DNA of 64,000 nt from Cenococcum geophilum (lineage: Eukaryota), in assembly GCA_050273025.1 (NCBI GenBank), contig CP158636.1, positions 12,772,001-12,836,000 on the forward strand, written 5' to 3'. The notes beneath the pieces were generated by a model, which was not told the origin of the DNA, did no database searches, and saw nothing but the letters and a program-made list of their open reading frames with translations. Both the position numbers and the translations under genes were made by a program. This document shows, one piece after another, positions 13,081 through 27,849 of the stretch; position 1 is the first letter of the stretch; each line of letters opens with the position of its first letter.

Positions 13081-14710
13081 ATGTTGCTAATTACCCAACA
13101 AACTTCCTTAGCCTAAAGTCCTACACGTAAGGGGCGAACGCCTACCTATATGCTAAGGTTAACGACTAAAGCCTCCTTTAAAGAGTGAGGTTTATTAAGC
13201 GTGATGTATAAAGAGGCTGCGAGTAAAGCTATTAGTGAGGGGGGCGTTTATTTTCCTTATAAGGAGGTTGTTAAAACTAGAGCGGGTATCCCTACCTTAA
13301 GCGTAAACTGTAATAGCTTTTTATTCCCTTAGCTATAACTTATTTTAATAATGCTAACTTCTCTAAAATCTTCCCGGAATAGAAGAATAGTAAAGCTTAG
13401 CTGCTGTTACGCACAGTATTGCTATAGAGTTAATAGCAATATTACCGCATTTTATTGACCTAAGGATCTTAAATTAAATAGCTTATAACCTTAATTATCT
13501 TACCTAAGAGAATTACGTCTTAATAATAGGGTAATTGGAACCTCCTAGTTTTTAAACACCTAATAATGAAACAAATAGCCTTCCGGATAAAGTTCTTTAT
13601 CCTATAATAAGGGTAAAATTTATATATAAGTATTATAGCTCTATATTTAGGAACTAACATTTATGTAACAGTTATAAGGGGTCCTACTATAAAGTCTATC
13701 TTAGATTGCATAGACGAACGAAATACGGTTAGATAAGATATTATTACAGCTATATAGATTGCCGTTATACTAAGGGCGCAGGCCTTTTTTCTAAAAAAGC
13801 TCTTACCGCTTATATTAAGCGTTACGATTTAAACCGTTATAAAAGCATTCCAAATAGACCATAAATCCTTCCCTAGTATAGCGCCGCTTTAGAACCGATA
13901 AAATATCTATGCCCTTTGCTAGGTTGTAAAAAGGCTATTAGGATAGGTTTACCTTTAGAAGAGGATCTTTATGGCTATATTAAAGACCACCACGGCCTTA
14001 AAAGAGTTTATTATCCTTACTAAGATTATAGATAATTAACTGGCCTAAGGCTATCCTTAAAAAAAGCCCTTACCCGCTACTTAAAAGATTCCCACAGTTC
14101 TAGAGTATATTTTTGCTATTACATTACCTGCATTTAAGCTAAAGGCAAAGGCCTGCCCTCTAAAGCTGCTCTTCGCCGCCATATTAAGGATGTTTACGGC
14201 GATAAAAAGAAATACCCCTACTCTAACTGTAAACGAGCTACTAGCAAAGGCTTTTATAACATATCCCGCTTTCGCCGCTATATAGACGGATATTCTAAAT
14301 TATATCTTTGCCCTTATATTGGTTGCAAATTCTTTAAGGGCAAAGGGCTGGGTACTAAAGAAGCTCTTTCTATACATAAAAGGAGGGCTTATAGCTCTCT
14401 TTAATTTTACTATAGTATACCTAATTATAAAGAAGCTACTGGAAGAGGGTTATCTTGTAAAGATAGTCTTTAAAATTATATAATAATGGTCTATAGCTCT
14501 AGTTTCTATTATTGCCCTAATGTTAACTATAAATAAGCTACTAGCCAAGAGTTTAGTTTGGAAAGAACTCTTTAGGGACATATAAACTATGTCCACGGCC
14601 CTTAATATAAATACCCTATATCCGGCTATAAATAATCCGCTAGCAAGGGTTTAGCATTTAAAGAGATTCTCTAAGATTATATAAAGTTATATAGGCGTAA
14701 AAATAACTAA
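13081..14710 (+). pseudogene. Multi-C2H2 zinc-finger protein pseudogene (~9 tandem fingers)
   Basis: Repeated C-x4-C...H-x3/4-H units at ~13900-14700, e.g. YLCPLLGCKKAIRIG..., AKGKGLPSKAALRRHIKDV(H), YLCPYIGCKFFKGKGLGTKEALSIHKRRA(H). Confidence 0.85.
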
Positions 14711-15439
14711 GCGTAAAGGTTACTCGTATTATTACTAGTCTAATAGTTTATTTTGTTTTACCTTCCCTAAGATTCGCTAATTATAATAGGGCTCTTTGGG
14801 TTTAATATTAGCAGGAATTATCTAATTAATAATATGCAAACTTATGGCTGGTTTGGTTCCATTTTATTATATATTTTTAACAGATAAGAGCTATCTATCT
14901 GCAGAATCGCATATTTCTTTAATTGGCATTCAGTACAGGGTATATTCTTAAGAGAGAAGAGTTGTTAATTTAGGTTGAATTTAGCCTATTACCCTATCTT
15001 TATTCCTATTCCGGTTGTACTACTACCCCCGTTTTAGTTATATACTCCCCCTCCTTTTCCTATTTTAGATACCTACCTTATATATAAATAGCTTCTTTTC
15101 CTCATAGTTTGAATAGATAGAGTCCTTATTCTTTACTTACTGTCGACCTAAATTAGGTTATCTTATTACCGACTTAGCTACCTCCCATTGACTTGGTCAT
15201 TGACTTGGTTATTAACTCGGTTACCTACCCCTTGTTTCTATTACCACCCCCTTACCCCCTTCTCTAAAAGGGCGCGCTATTAGAGTTGTTCTTGTTGCCA
15301 AGTTTATAGGGCTTTTTATCCGGGAGGTTATTATAAAGCCTGTAGGATTTCTTATCTGGGAAGCTCCCTAAGACGTATATTCTTGTAATTAGTTTATTTC
15401 TCGCTAGTACTGTTTTCTAATTCCTATCTTAATAACTTA

Positions 15440-16600
15440 AACTTCTGGAACAGAGCGAATACCAAGGCTTATAATAAAAGACTCCTCCCCATACTGTATA
15501 ACGAGATCTTTAGTATTAAACCTAGCTCTTTTAGTAATCTTTTAGCTCTATAATGTAAATGATCTAGCTATTCTAGCACTATTAGAGTCGGCTAACTTTG
15601 TATATGCGTTTAGTAATGATGTCCTATAACCACGGCGCTGATAAGGCTTAAGTACCGCAAGTGTATTAACTGTTAATTTACACCTATTAAAGTATCTATA
15701 ATTAATTAGTTAAAGGTATTAAATCTCTATATAATACGTACTCTAATTTTTTATTTTTTGTTTAGTCGGAGTATAACCAAATAGCATTTATATCTTTATT
15801 TTAACCTAGACTTATAATACATTCTTTGCGGTGCTTAAGGTAAGCTATTATATTATATTAGCAGTTTATTATTATAGAATAAGGGTATTTACCTCTGTTA
15901 TTGTTAGATAATGTCTTTTTTAAGCCCGTTATAACGAGAGCACTAATAATAACCCTGTTACTGGTCCTTTTCCTACAGATATATCTTTAAGGAAGTTTTT
16001 TAGGAAACTCTTTTTCTTTAAGTGAATTATACCTGTTATATATGACAATAATTTTAGCGCCCCTTAAGAAAGTGTTAAAGGCTTAGAGCTAGAAGTCTGC
16101 CAATGTATCCCCTGGGTATTTAGAGTAATTTAGCCGCTGGAGTTTAAATACTGGGGAGTGGGAAAGCCCTATTATATAGATAAGAGCTAGATCTAGCAGA
16201 TTATCTAACATAGCCTAGCGTAGAGTATTAGAGTAGAGCGCTCCTCTAGGTGTATTCTTAATAACTAAGATCATTTTATTGGCGGGTTTAAAATCCCACT
16301 CTATGGAAGTTAGGACTTCTCGGACATTCTTTACGTTAAAGCTTTATTTATCTTTAAGTATCTTTTTAATTTTTTCGGCCGTGGTTTGTACTAACTTCTG
16401 CAGAAGGTTCTTATTATAAGTCGTAGGAGTGGTGGGTATTAAATTAAGCGAAGGGGTCTTATATATTGTAAGAGTGCGCTAAATAAGATCTAAAAGATTT
16501 GTTGTAAGAGCTAGCGTCTATTCTTATTTCGTTTTATTTAGTATTTCGGTTATAAGGTTATATATTCCTACTAACTTAAGTGCTAATAATATGCTAAAGG
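15440..16600 (-). pseudogene. GNAT-family N-acetyltransferase-domain pseudogene
   Basis: C-terminal exon CKLTVNTLAVLKPYQRRGY(G)TSLLNA(C)TKLAD at ~15590-15682 matches acetyl-CoA binding motif A; several GT..AG introns. Confidence 0.7.
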
Positions 16601-19027
16601 ACTGTTTGGGCTTAATGCTAGAGTGTTAGTCCTTTCTTAAATTGCTCTTGCTGCTTAATATACAATTTTTTATTTAGGTTGCTAGAATAGTTAGCTTTTG
16701 TATAGCTAATTATTTTATTAATTAGATTAAAGGAGAAGCGGGCTTAATATATACCTTTATGTAAGTTCGTATATATAGCGCCACGTCTCTTATATATAAG
16801 CCATTCTAAACGTGATAATTACTCCCGGTCCGCTTCTATTATAATAGGCCGGGTCATACGCGCCTTATTCTAATCCCCCCCTCCTAAAAAAAAAGCCTTT
16901 ATAATAAGCCACTTTGTTATTCCTATATATAAGGAGAAGGGATATAGTATTTAAGCTGGCGTCTAGAATAGAACGCACTAATCTAAATTAAGATGGCTGG
17001 CTGCGAATATAAATGGATTACTGCCGCTTGTCTTAGAGTCTGTAGTAGGGGCAAGCTTATAGCGTATGCATTGCATAACGACTGCTTTTATACCATTCGG
17101 CCTAAATCTGGCCACTTTACTATCGCAATTACTAGCATACGCTAGGTTATTAGATGCTTGGTTATATAGCTTATACTTTATAAGCGTTTTATATTATAAC
17201 TAGGTCCTATATTAGAAAAAGATGGTTATACCCCTAACTAATTTAACAGTCCAAGAATTAGAAATGAATTAATATTAGCGAGTAATTAATTAAGTTAGAA
17301 GAACGTAAAACATATCTACTTTTTAGATTATCTCCTCTAACTCTATATCTTCCTTTAAGACTAGCTCCCCATCTTCCTCTAATTCCACATTTCCCTTTAA
17401 GATTAGCTCCCTATCTTCTTCCGACCCCTAATATAACTTCTCTTAAGAAGGAATAGGAGTTGGAATAGGCGTAGGAGACGCAAAACCACCCCAAGTAATC
17501 AGATTGGCCGTTATGCCGCGTAAGTAGTAGTAGCTCCCTGGTGAAATCGCACCATTTTTGCCTTTAAGATAGTAGCAGTTTTATTCTACGGCCTTAATCG
17601 TGTTCGCGGTTCCCTTATACTACCTTAAGGCATTAATAATCGTAGCACGCATGCCCTAGAATAGTGGTAAGAGATGGCTCTTATGCTAAGTTTAAGTTAA
17701 TATACCTTAGGGGAGCAGTATAAGGATACAGGTAAATTAACGCAGCGTTAACCCTCAAATATAAGGGTAAAAAGTGGGGTGGATTTAACCACTGTTATAA
17801 TATGCCCCGATTTCCCCTTCTGTATACGCTTCTTTATAAATACTTCCTAAGCGTATAATAAAATGATCCTCTTCTCCGTATCCTTTAAAAAGAATTTGTT
17901 ATATAGAATGGAATTATAAATCTTTAAATTCTTAAACCCTTCTAGTATGGAATCTCGTAGCGTCTAAATATAGTAAGCGTAAGTATTAGAAAGTTCTAGT
18001 TAGTTATACCTAATATATAAGGCACTTAATTATCGGATATTTATAGATGCTACCGTACTAGTTAACAAGTATAACTTTTATCCACTATGCCGGATTAATA
18101 AGATCCCTTAAAACTTATAGGTTATCTAAGGGCGTAGGGTCCTTAGCTGTCGGAGAGGATTTTAAAGATATTGCATAAAGGCCGGGAGGCCCTAAGGGTG
18201 GAGAAGGATGAGCTGTTTGCATTTTATATTTAAGCTTATATTTATAAATTTAATAGAATAAATCCTAGGGTAAGGAGCTCCCTATTATATATAGGCTAAG
18301 CTAAGCTAGTAGGCCGTCCTCCTTTTTAAACGTAGTGTATATTAAAAGCAAGCTAGTGTTCTACTAAGACCCCTATCTAATCTATGTATACTAGATATAG
18401 CTCCTTATAGGGGGTATAAGGACGTAGAGCGGGAGAACGCTATTTGGTTAACACGTCATGTTTAAGAATTTAGGTTTAGGGAGATGCGTCACCCACCTAG
18501 ACGCTTTGCACGTAAGAGGGGTTAGTATCTTCTAGTAGGTTTTTAAGGCTTAGCTCGCAGATTAATAATAATAGAAAAGGGTCCTACTCTTAATATTAGG
18601 AAGCCCTCGGCCTAAACTTAAGCTTGTTAATATTTTAGCATATAATTAAACACTGTAAAGATATGTATAGATAGAGGATAGAGCGCAAAAGCGCAAAAGC
18701 CAGATATTATAGCCTTATGGGTTATAATATTAGTTAGTTAGTGCTATTTCTCTTCTATAAACCTCGATTATGGGAATTAAATCGTATAGCTATCCAATTC
18801 AGCTACCCCTATTAATATTTCCCTAAATTTCTCTAAATCTAACTTTGTATTCTATATATTTACCATTAACCTTAATATTTAAGGGGTATATATTAGACTC
18901 TAATGCGTTAAGGCTATCTGCTTAGAAAAATCTCCAAAGACATTCGTTGTAGTAGTGGGTTGGCCTTCCGTTTATAAGAATTAGAAATATATACTAGTAG
19001 TTAAATAAAGTAGGGACCTATAGGTTC

Positions 19028-19450
19028 GTTTATAATGATTACTATAAAGCCTAATACTAAGGCTATATAACTATACTATATATTAGGAAACTAATAGCTA
19101 AAATCGGAGGGGCTTTATATATTCTAGTTGCGATTATAATATAACTAGTCTCCTTAACAGTGCAGAATATAACAGAAACCACTAATATAAACTATACACT
19201 AATTAACTAAATAGAGAGTGCGGATATAGGGTAATCCTATATATAGACTAATCGTGCAAGCAGTTAAATAAAAAAACTAACTAAAGAGCCCTATTTTAAC
19301 GATAGAGGGGTTTAGATTCCTATAAAGCTAAGCCATTATAGTAAAGAGGGTAAGGTAAATAAATCTGCCTATAGAAGCTATAATCTTAAATATCTAAAAG
19401 GAAAACAATAAGGGCGAAAGAGGGAGAGGGCTAGCTTATAAGGCATTATT
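19028..19450 (+). repeat. Copy 1 of a dispersed inverted duplication (partner 24520-25033)
   Basis: Reverse complement of 24520-25033 aligns, mostly with transition differences and one ~80-90 bp indel region. Confidence 0.92.
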
Positions 19451-22400
19451 CTTTAGAAATAAGGCGAGCTACCACTAAAATAACTTAATTAAGTGGCTTT
19501 TTTAGTAAGTTAGTGCCTAATATAAAAGAAAGCACCTAGGGCGTCTGGGGGTCAGTTACCTCCTAGTACTAGATTTAGAGGCTAATTATATATAATAGTG
19601 TAATGGATTTCGGGTAACGCTATATAGGAAAAGAGGAGAGTATAAACCCTTTATTTTTTAATAGAGCTAGTAACTTATAAGCTTTCTATAATAACTACAC
19701 TAGGTAGTAAAAGGAGTGATAAATAAGAGCTATATAAAAAAGCCTAAGGCAGTAAATATAGCATATAAGGTAAATGTATATACTTATTTAAACCAGGCGA
19801 AGTTAGCTCTATATTATTATAACCTCATCTTTTTTTTAAAATTAAGGATATGCCGTCTTAGAAGCTGTACCTCTTTTTTTTATAAATCGTTTATAGAACG
19901 CCGCGGATATTGGACTTAATGTTAATATCTACTAAAAGCTTCTGTGTCTCCCTAATAGGATATAGAAACCAAACTAATTAATTAATACGTAACGGATCGT
20001 GGATCGCAGAAAGCGTAAGGTTTATAGTAGGGAAGGAAAGCGACTTTCTAATAGCGTTATTGCTTTGCCTATGTGGTTGGTCGTATATTAGCGCGCTAAG
20101 CCTAGGATAGGTCTCTTCCTAATTTCTCCCTCTAATATATAATAAGCTCAGCCTTAAGTTAAGAGACAATATAAACGGTAGAAAGAGTCTTTATAATTTT
20201 AGAGGAGATAAAGAAAAGTACCTTTATTACCTTAAGGAATCCTATTCTTTGCTTAAGAAGGAAGTTATTTACTTTTATTACCTTAAAAAATATTCTTCTT
20301 CACTTAAGAAGGAAGTTGTTTACCTTTAAAATTAAGTGGATTAAATTACCCCTTATCTTAACTCTCTACTTTAGTATTAATAAAGCGTTCTAACTCTACT
20401 GCCTTTACCTTAGTATTAATCTAGCGCCCCAATTCTACCTCTCCCCTTAATTAATTCTTAGCCTTAGCCTTACTGACAAACTGGCTCTTTACTTTAGTCT
20501 TAGCACCAATCTAACCCTCTAACTCCCTAAAAAGATAAAGATCCCCCTTAGATATAGCGGTTAAGTAGACTTACTAAAGGCGTTCCTAACGCGTCCGAAT
20601 AGTAAGGCAGAAGGAATACCACTTACCTTAAATCTATCAAACGGAATTATGTTATAATATTACTTCTACTCAGTTATAGCGAGGTACTTTAAGACCGCGG
20701 CTTGCTCCTAGAAAATAATAGCTTTGCGCTAAAAGAAGTTATAGCAAATTATACGGAATCCTAAAAACGGAATAAAAAGACAGGAGAGTTTTATAATTAA
20801 TTAAGCCGTTACTAGACTATTATATTTACCCTTCTTTGCCATTTAATAATATCCCTAGGCTAGGATCTAAAAGAAGTTAAGGAAATAATGTAAATAGTCT
20901 TCAGTAAATCTTAGGCAAGGTATCTAGCATGTCTTTATTAAGGCGCGCTCTGGATATCCTAGTAGATTTTAAAGTTATACTAAAAAGGTTAGGGCTATAG
21001 GAGTTCTGAAATCTTCGTCTTATATACGTGATTCTACTTATGCCTTAGGAGATTACTAATATGGTTAGGCGTATTGCCGTTTAAAAGGTACCAAATTTTT
21101 GCAGATTATCTTTAAGATACCTTTTCCGAATTTGAAAAACACCTAGGACGTCCTAAATATATTAAACCATTTACTAAGATCTAAGGATAGAGACTGTTTT
21201 GCCCTATTTATTTATTACTAGAAATTACTAGTAATACCTATAACTTATTAAAATTATACCATATTATAAAATATGACGAAGAGGTTATAAAGGAGAACCT
21301 TTAAATATACCACCAGGATAATCCTTTGAATTTCGACCTTATTATAGAAATAAACAATAGCGAGGCAGATGACGAGATAACGGACGACGTAGTGGCGGAC
21401 GACGAGATGGCGGATAATAAGGGCTCTAATCTCTTAGATTAGCTTTAAGAGTAGACGTAAGAGATATAAGATATAAAGCTAATAAGTCTACTATCTAATG
21501 TTATAACTGCTTTATTTAATAGTACGTACTTCTACTCTCCTTATAGTGTTTTACTAAGGAAGTATAAAACACTGCTACTAACCTACTCTATTAGCTATAA
21601 ATCCTATTATTACTACTAACTCTCTTTACTACTCTAATGGTAAAGCCTAGAATGATATACAGTCTTACTTATCCTATTCTTTTATATCTTACTAGAATGT
21701 TTAACTTTTAGAAACGCTATCTAACATAAATAAAGGAATAATTTAGATATAAAGAGTTAATCTAGATACGGAGCTTAATATACCTTAAAGTTCACTTCCG
21801 GCATTAAACTACGACTTAGGGATAATAAGGGGATACCATTATAACCAGCCTCTAAGTCTTTTATTAGATAAGAATATAGACTTTAATTTTATAAGAATGC
21901 ATGCTATCTCCTTAGATTACCTTTTACCTAAGCCTAATAATCTTCTTCCTTAGCTTAGCGAAGAAAGAGAAATTCTATAGCTGGAGATATATTAACTCCC
22001 TTTATAATATACGTTGTTTTTCCTACTTTAAAACATTGCTCCTTAATTTTTAGCGTACTATCTAGCGCCCATATAGGAATTAAGTTGATTAAGCTAATAG
22101 AGAGGAGAAAGTAAAAAGATTTATTTTTTACTTAAATAAAGTTAACTTCTTTCCGCCAAATTTATAACTATTTTAGTAAAAGCGTAAGATATAATTTTCT
22201 TTTTAATTTACCTAGTAAAGATCTGCTACTTTTTATATAAGCTCTATAAGGGGAGGTAAAAGTTTATCTAGGCACGTCTCTATATCTTTATCGCTCTCTT
22301 TCTACTTATCCTTTAGCTCTTTCCCTAATTCTACTAGAATTGGCCCTAATCTAGGGATAGCCTCCTATTTAAGATGGGTTTTTTATAGTATAGATTATAG

Positions 22401-24519
22401 AGGATAGGCGCGGCCTTTATTAAAAAGGGAAAAGGGAGAAGTAAGTATAATTATTTAGTGGTGGCTTAGACTTTCTAGAGGGGCAGAATGGATAATTTTA
22501 CGTGGCGTTAGCGTATGTATTACTATTTAGTGCTTAGTGGAATAAACCTTAAGTAACCTCTCCTAACGTATTTATAAGCTGCTATATCTCTTATAGTAGG
22601 CTAAGACATTTAGTAAGCCCTTAAATAATTGTATTACTATAAAGCTAAAAAGCCATTTATAATAGGCTGCTAATATATTAGTTACAACGCTTAATCTGCC
22701 TAGTACCCCAATTCTGACTTACGCTCCCGTCAATCATTAAAACACCTACTTTATAGTACCTTCCTCCTACTTTCCGTAACGCCTCTTGTTCCTAATTAGT
22801 ATGCCCTAAGCTACTAGCAGTAGTCTTCGTTATATATAGAGCTATAGATACTTTACCGCCTAGACTAGAATATACCACCCAAAGCCATCTCCGCCTACCT
22901 ACTATAATAGGTTAACACCGTCGGATCCACACTACATTGTAACCTAATTTAAATCCACGTATACTCCTACCTCTCGTCACTAAGGCCAAACCGCCTTTAT
23001 TACACAGTATACGTATATAGCTAGTTGCGTAGCTATCCTAGGTTTTACTAATAATATATAAATACAACTAAAGGACTATACTAATATATAGTCTCTAAAG
23101 GCATATTATACCCCTTTATTACTTATTATAAGCTACTAACTTCTTTATTTAGTACCTACACTTAAAGTACGCCTAAACGTATACATTTTATCTCTACTAG
23201 AGTATATTATAGAATAAATAACCAATATAGTGTTCCTGGGTCGTTAGGTCCCTAAAGATAGAAAGAACATTTCCAAGCCAGATAAGGCTTCTTCACACGA
23301 ATTTAATGAGTTTTTAGAGCCGGAGCTAGGAAAAGTTAAAGTAAATCTATTATCCGCATGATTACTAAGCGAAATTAACGAAGTTATAGTTTATTAAGAC
23401 AATTGGTGTTTGTTTTAGCCAATCCTCTAAGTGTAGAAATTATATAACTTAATACTAATAGCGCCTGGAGCATGGCTGGAGAGTAAGGCGAAGTATAACC
23501 TCCCTAGGGACCTTATCCGTAGCATTCTCGCCCTTGATTTAATCTTACCGCTTTTTAAGATAGGTATTTACCAGTCCTTATTACTCCTAAAGCGGCACCA
23601 ATCTTACCTATTACCTATAGCGACCCTATTATAGCAATAGTCTATACTATATTCTCTAGCCGCCCTTTATATATAAACTTTCGTAAATAAACTATAAAAG
23701 GCCACTGTTATACTGTTTGTGTAACTTACGTAAAAAAAACTTACTTAAGGTTTAAGCTTAACGGGGAACAGAAATGTGCCGCACTACTAGTGGTATTAGC
23801 AGTATTATCTGCTAATTTAATTATTGCTATCTAGCTTAATTTGTTTTAACTAATCCGACTTTAGATTAGTTGTTTACCACATTTTATATCTTAGCGGGGC
23901 AACCCATTCTCATCAGCCTAAAATTCCCTTAGTCTTTTGCTCTCTCTTTTATATCTTAGTTTCCCACATAAGGCAGCGTATTAAATGGCTTCAAAAAAAG
24001 GTATAGATTACGACTGGAAGTGGAAATTTGAAAATGAACGTAAAGAGATTTTCCTTATAATATTCGCTGAACCTATATTTATTAAGGTTAGAAGCTACTA
24101 TATAGGTATGTTCTACGCCCTAACTGTTTTATAAACTAAGAAAATATTAGCCTTTTGCCCCAATCCCTTAAAGCTATTTAATTCTTTGGTATTTATACAG
24201 TGTACCTGGAATAGGCTGTAGTTAGATAGTTATTTAGAGTTATAGAAGTTGGAGTTAATAAATAATTAGACAGAATCACTAAGAATAGACGGGATGGATA
24301 ATATTGTTAGTTGGACAGAATTACTTAAGCAAAATGGATACTAAAAAGATCAATATGGAGTATGGAAGAAGATTCTCCCTTTTTTAATAGCGGAAGCTGG
24401 GCTATTCTAGTTAACCGCGATAGTCGGACGCCCTAGGTGCCGTTTTTTATATTAGGCGCTAACCTACCTAGGAAGCCGCTTGACTAATATAGCGTTATAT
24501 AGCTCGCCTTATTTTTAAT

Positions 24520-25033
24520 AAACAATATCCTTATAAGCTAGCCCTCTCCCTCTTTCACCTTTATTATTTTCTTTTTAGATATTTAAGATTATAGCTCCCG
24601 TCGGCAGATTTATTTATCTTACCCTCTTTACTATAATAGCTTAGCTTTACAGGAATCTAAACCCCTCTATTATTAAAATAGGGCTCTTTAGTTACTTTTC
24701 TACAGTACTTATTTACGCCTTAGTGGCAATATACGAATATTCTAAAGATAAGCCGGTCTAGCGCGTTTGGTTTTTTTATTTAACTACTATTTATCTTTAG
24801 CTTGCGTAATTAGTCCATATATAGAATTACCCTATATCCGCATTCTCTATTTGGTTAATTGGTGTATGGTTTATATTAGTAGTTTCCGTTATATTCTATA
24901 CCGTTAAGGAGACCAGTTATATTATGGTCGCAACCAGGATATACAAAACCCCTCCGATTTTAGCTATTAGCTTACTAATATATAACACAGTTGTATAATC
25001 TTAGCATTGGGCTTTATAGTAATTATTATAAAT
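24520..25033 (-). repeat. Copy 2 of the dispersed inverted duplication (partner 19028-19450)
   Basis: Shared GCTAAAATCGGAGGGG, TGCGGATATAGGGTAAT and AAAGAGGGAGAGGGCTAGCTTATAAGG in opposite orientation. Confidence 0.92.
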
Positions 25034-27849
25034 GGCTAGGAGCATAGGGAGCTTTATAAAAGTCTGCCAAAGGTAATCTTTTACTTTATAAGCAAATTCT
25101 GTTTTCTAGCTTATGCGGAGCGTTAGGGGGGTTTTGCAATCTATTAAATAAATTCTCCTTTCTTAATAACCAGTCTATATGGTGAAGGCCTTAAGGCAAT
25201 AATAGGGAAAATATAACTAAAGTAGCAGTGTGCATCCTCGCGCCCTGTTGGACGTAGCTAGCACTATAGTTAGTTCCTTCTATGCGAACCGAAACTTGGC
25301 CATTGCGCCTAACAGTCCCAGCTCCTCTTATATCTGCAACGCAGTAAGGGGAACCCAATTAACTGCTCTCTAAAATAGGTGTCTTATAATAAAGTAGGGT
25401 AGTTATTATAGGCTTGCGACGAAGAGGGCGATACAGAGCTACCTGTAATTTTAACGCCACTATATATAATAAGTCTTACCGCTAGGTCCAAAGCTAGTAA
25501 TATATAGGCTATTACTGGATATTCTAAGACTTAATAGAAGCGATTTCTGGTAATCTGGGATATAAGTATAGCCTCGACTCCTAAAAATAAAGATTGGTAG
25601 ACGCTTATAGGAGGAAGCTAAACTTACTATATCCAATACGCTCTACTTAGTTTAAAGTTCCTAAAGACAAATAGGAGGAGCTTCTAGAGCGTTAAAGCAA
25701 GCTGCTAGCTGCTAAGAATATACTATAGGTGGCTACTAAAGTCCTTAATTGGTATATGGCACAAGCCGTTAGGAAAGCCTATTATTAGCTTTATTATATT
25801 ATCCCTTAACACGCTAGTTTACGTCCTATAGTTATTAATAAAAACTAGCTAATTAAATTAATTAAATAAGGCTATTCGCGTTGTTTTAATTCTAGTTCTG
25901 CACGGACCACTTAATCTTAAGTCCTTTTTGCTAGAATATCTAACACTATTAAGCTCTTAGCCGTGGCATCCGGAGAGGAAATGTCTTCTTAGGATGCTCG
26001 CTTACTAAACTTATAAGTAGTTAGTGGTTATATAATAGGGGCCTAAACTTAGAGGATAATGTGTTCCCGTAGCTCTGTCCTCTATTAAGCTATATTAAGC
26101 GAAGTTTAAATAGCACTATATTCCTAAGCTGATTCTCAGCCTATAAAGCCTCTCTCGCCTATAGGCCTAAGTCCTACTAAATAATTTTATATCTCTTTAT
26201 ATTTCGATATCTAACTTAAATTACAACTCTAATAACGCCTTTCCTTGCTCCCCTAGTCTTTAACCTATTAAGCTAAAAGCTACTCCCTTACCTTCGCCTC
26301 CTCCGTTTACCCCTTAATAAGCTCCAGTTCTACTACGTCAAAGAAGCCAAATAGAACGCAATACTTGGCCTAGCTAAGGCGACGCAGTTCTAATAAGTTT
26401 TATTAACCCCAACCGCCTAGATATTACCGCAATCGCAGGCTAAAGTCCGTTAAACTTTACTTTTAAGTTAGAGGCGAGTAACCTAGAGGATAATAAGACG
26501 TTTAAAGAAGTAGAAAGTTAAAATATAATAGCTAATGTTTCTAATTCCAACCAAGAAGAAAGCGGTAATAGTATTGCTATAAATATGGAGCCAAGACCCA
26601 ATATAGTTAAAGGTGTAGATTGCCCGTCTATATATAAGATGCTCCGGGTAAATATATAATTAGAAGTGTAAATAGATAAAGCTAAGGTAAAAGGCTTGCT
26701 AGATAAGGAGTTAAACTAAACAGTATACTTCTTTTAAGCACTTTTATGGATAGAATATAAAGCATATAAGAAGCGGATATATAGTTTAAAATTACAAATA
26801 AAGTCAATTTAAAAGGCGCTATAGTGTCTCTTCTCGCCGTCTTCTTCTGTGCCGCGATTTCAATACCTTTAGCTATTAGAATTGCCGTTTTAAAGTTACC
26901 TAGCCTAGGGGGTGATCCGTAAGGCCCGTTAACCTAGCTTAGGAACTTATTTTCTTTTTAATGGACTAATTTATAGATAAATCCTCGTCGGCTGTGTTCT
27001 TTTAGGAGAAGATTAATCTCTATCCTATCTTTGTTCCACTATATAATTATAAACGGGTGTATCTGCGCAAATGACTAGAAGCTTATATTAGGGGTCTAAA
27101 GCTAAATATACTGGCTGGCGCGGAAGTCTAATAGCCGGGTAAGCGTAATTAAAAGGTATAAGGCATCTAAGAGGTGCTATAACACTGTATTTGCTCCTAA
27201 TTTCCTAAACCGGATATTGCGGTAAAGTATCTATAAGGTGCGAAGTACTGTCGTTATTCTAAGGAGACTAAGTGCCGTAATAGGATTATTAGGATAGATT
27301 TGATTAAGGCTAGTGCTAGGATTTATATGTTACAATATTATAAGCCCTGCAAAGACTATAAGAGTATAGTGAGATTTTAGAAAAATTTCGTAGCAGAACC
27401 TTTAAACGTAAGGGAAAGGCACGAGCTGGGTTAATAAGACAAAAGCCTAAATATATCTTAGTTACTTTCTAAAATATTTAGATTATAACAAACCAAAAAT
27501 CCGGTTAAATGGCTGGAATTTTTAAAAGAAAAATTCCGCTGTATCCGTATTAAGCTTAAGCGCCTATTATAGAGCCGCCTTTAAAAAAAAACCCTAACCA
27601 ATGGTGTGATATTAGAGAAGAAGAAATAATATCCATAGAACTTAAAAATGAAAAATATAATAAGTGGTATAGAAAAGGATGGTATATAATAAATAAACAC
27701 AAGTCCTACAATTGGATTGTTAGGTATTATCTTAAAGTTATTTATAAGGAGAGTACGCAGGATATTCTAGCTAGGGGTAGGTAAAGATAATACAATCTTT
27801 CTTACCACTTTTGCTTCGTCCCGCCCCTCTATACTTACCTCCTATATAG

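Noticed and set aside
19000..27750. Starship captain (DUF3435) or DUF3723 gene
   Set aside because: Several degraded frames are present but no diagnostic motifs could be recognised by eye
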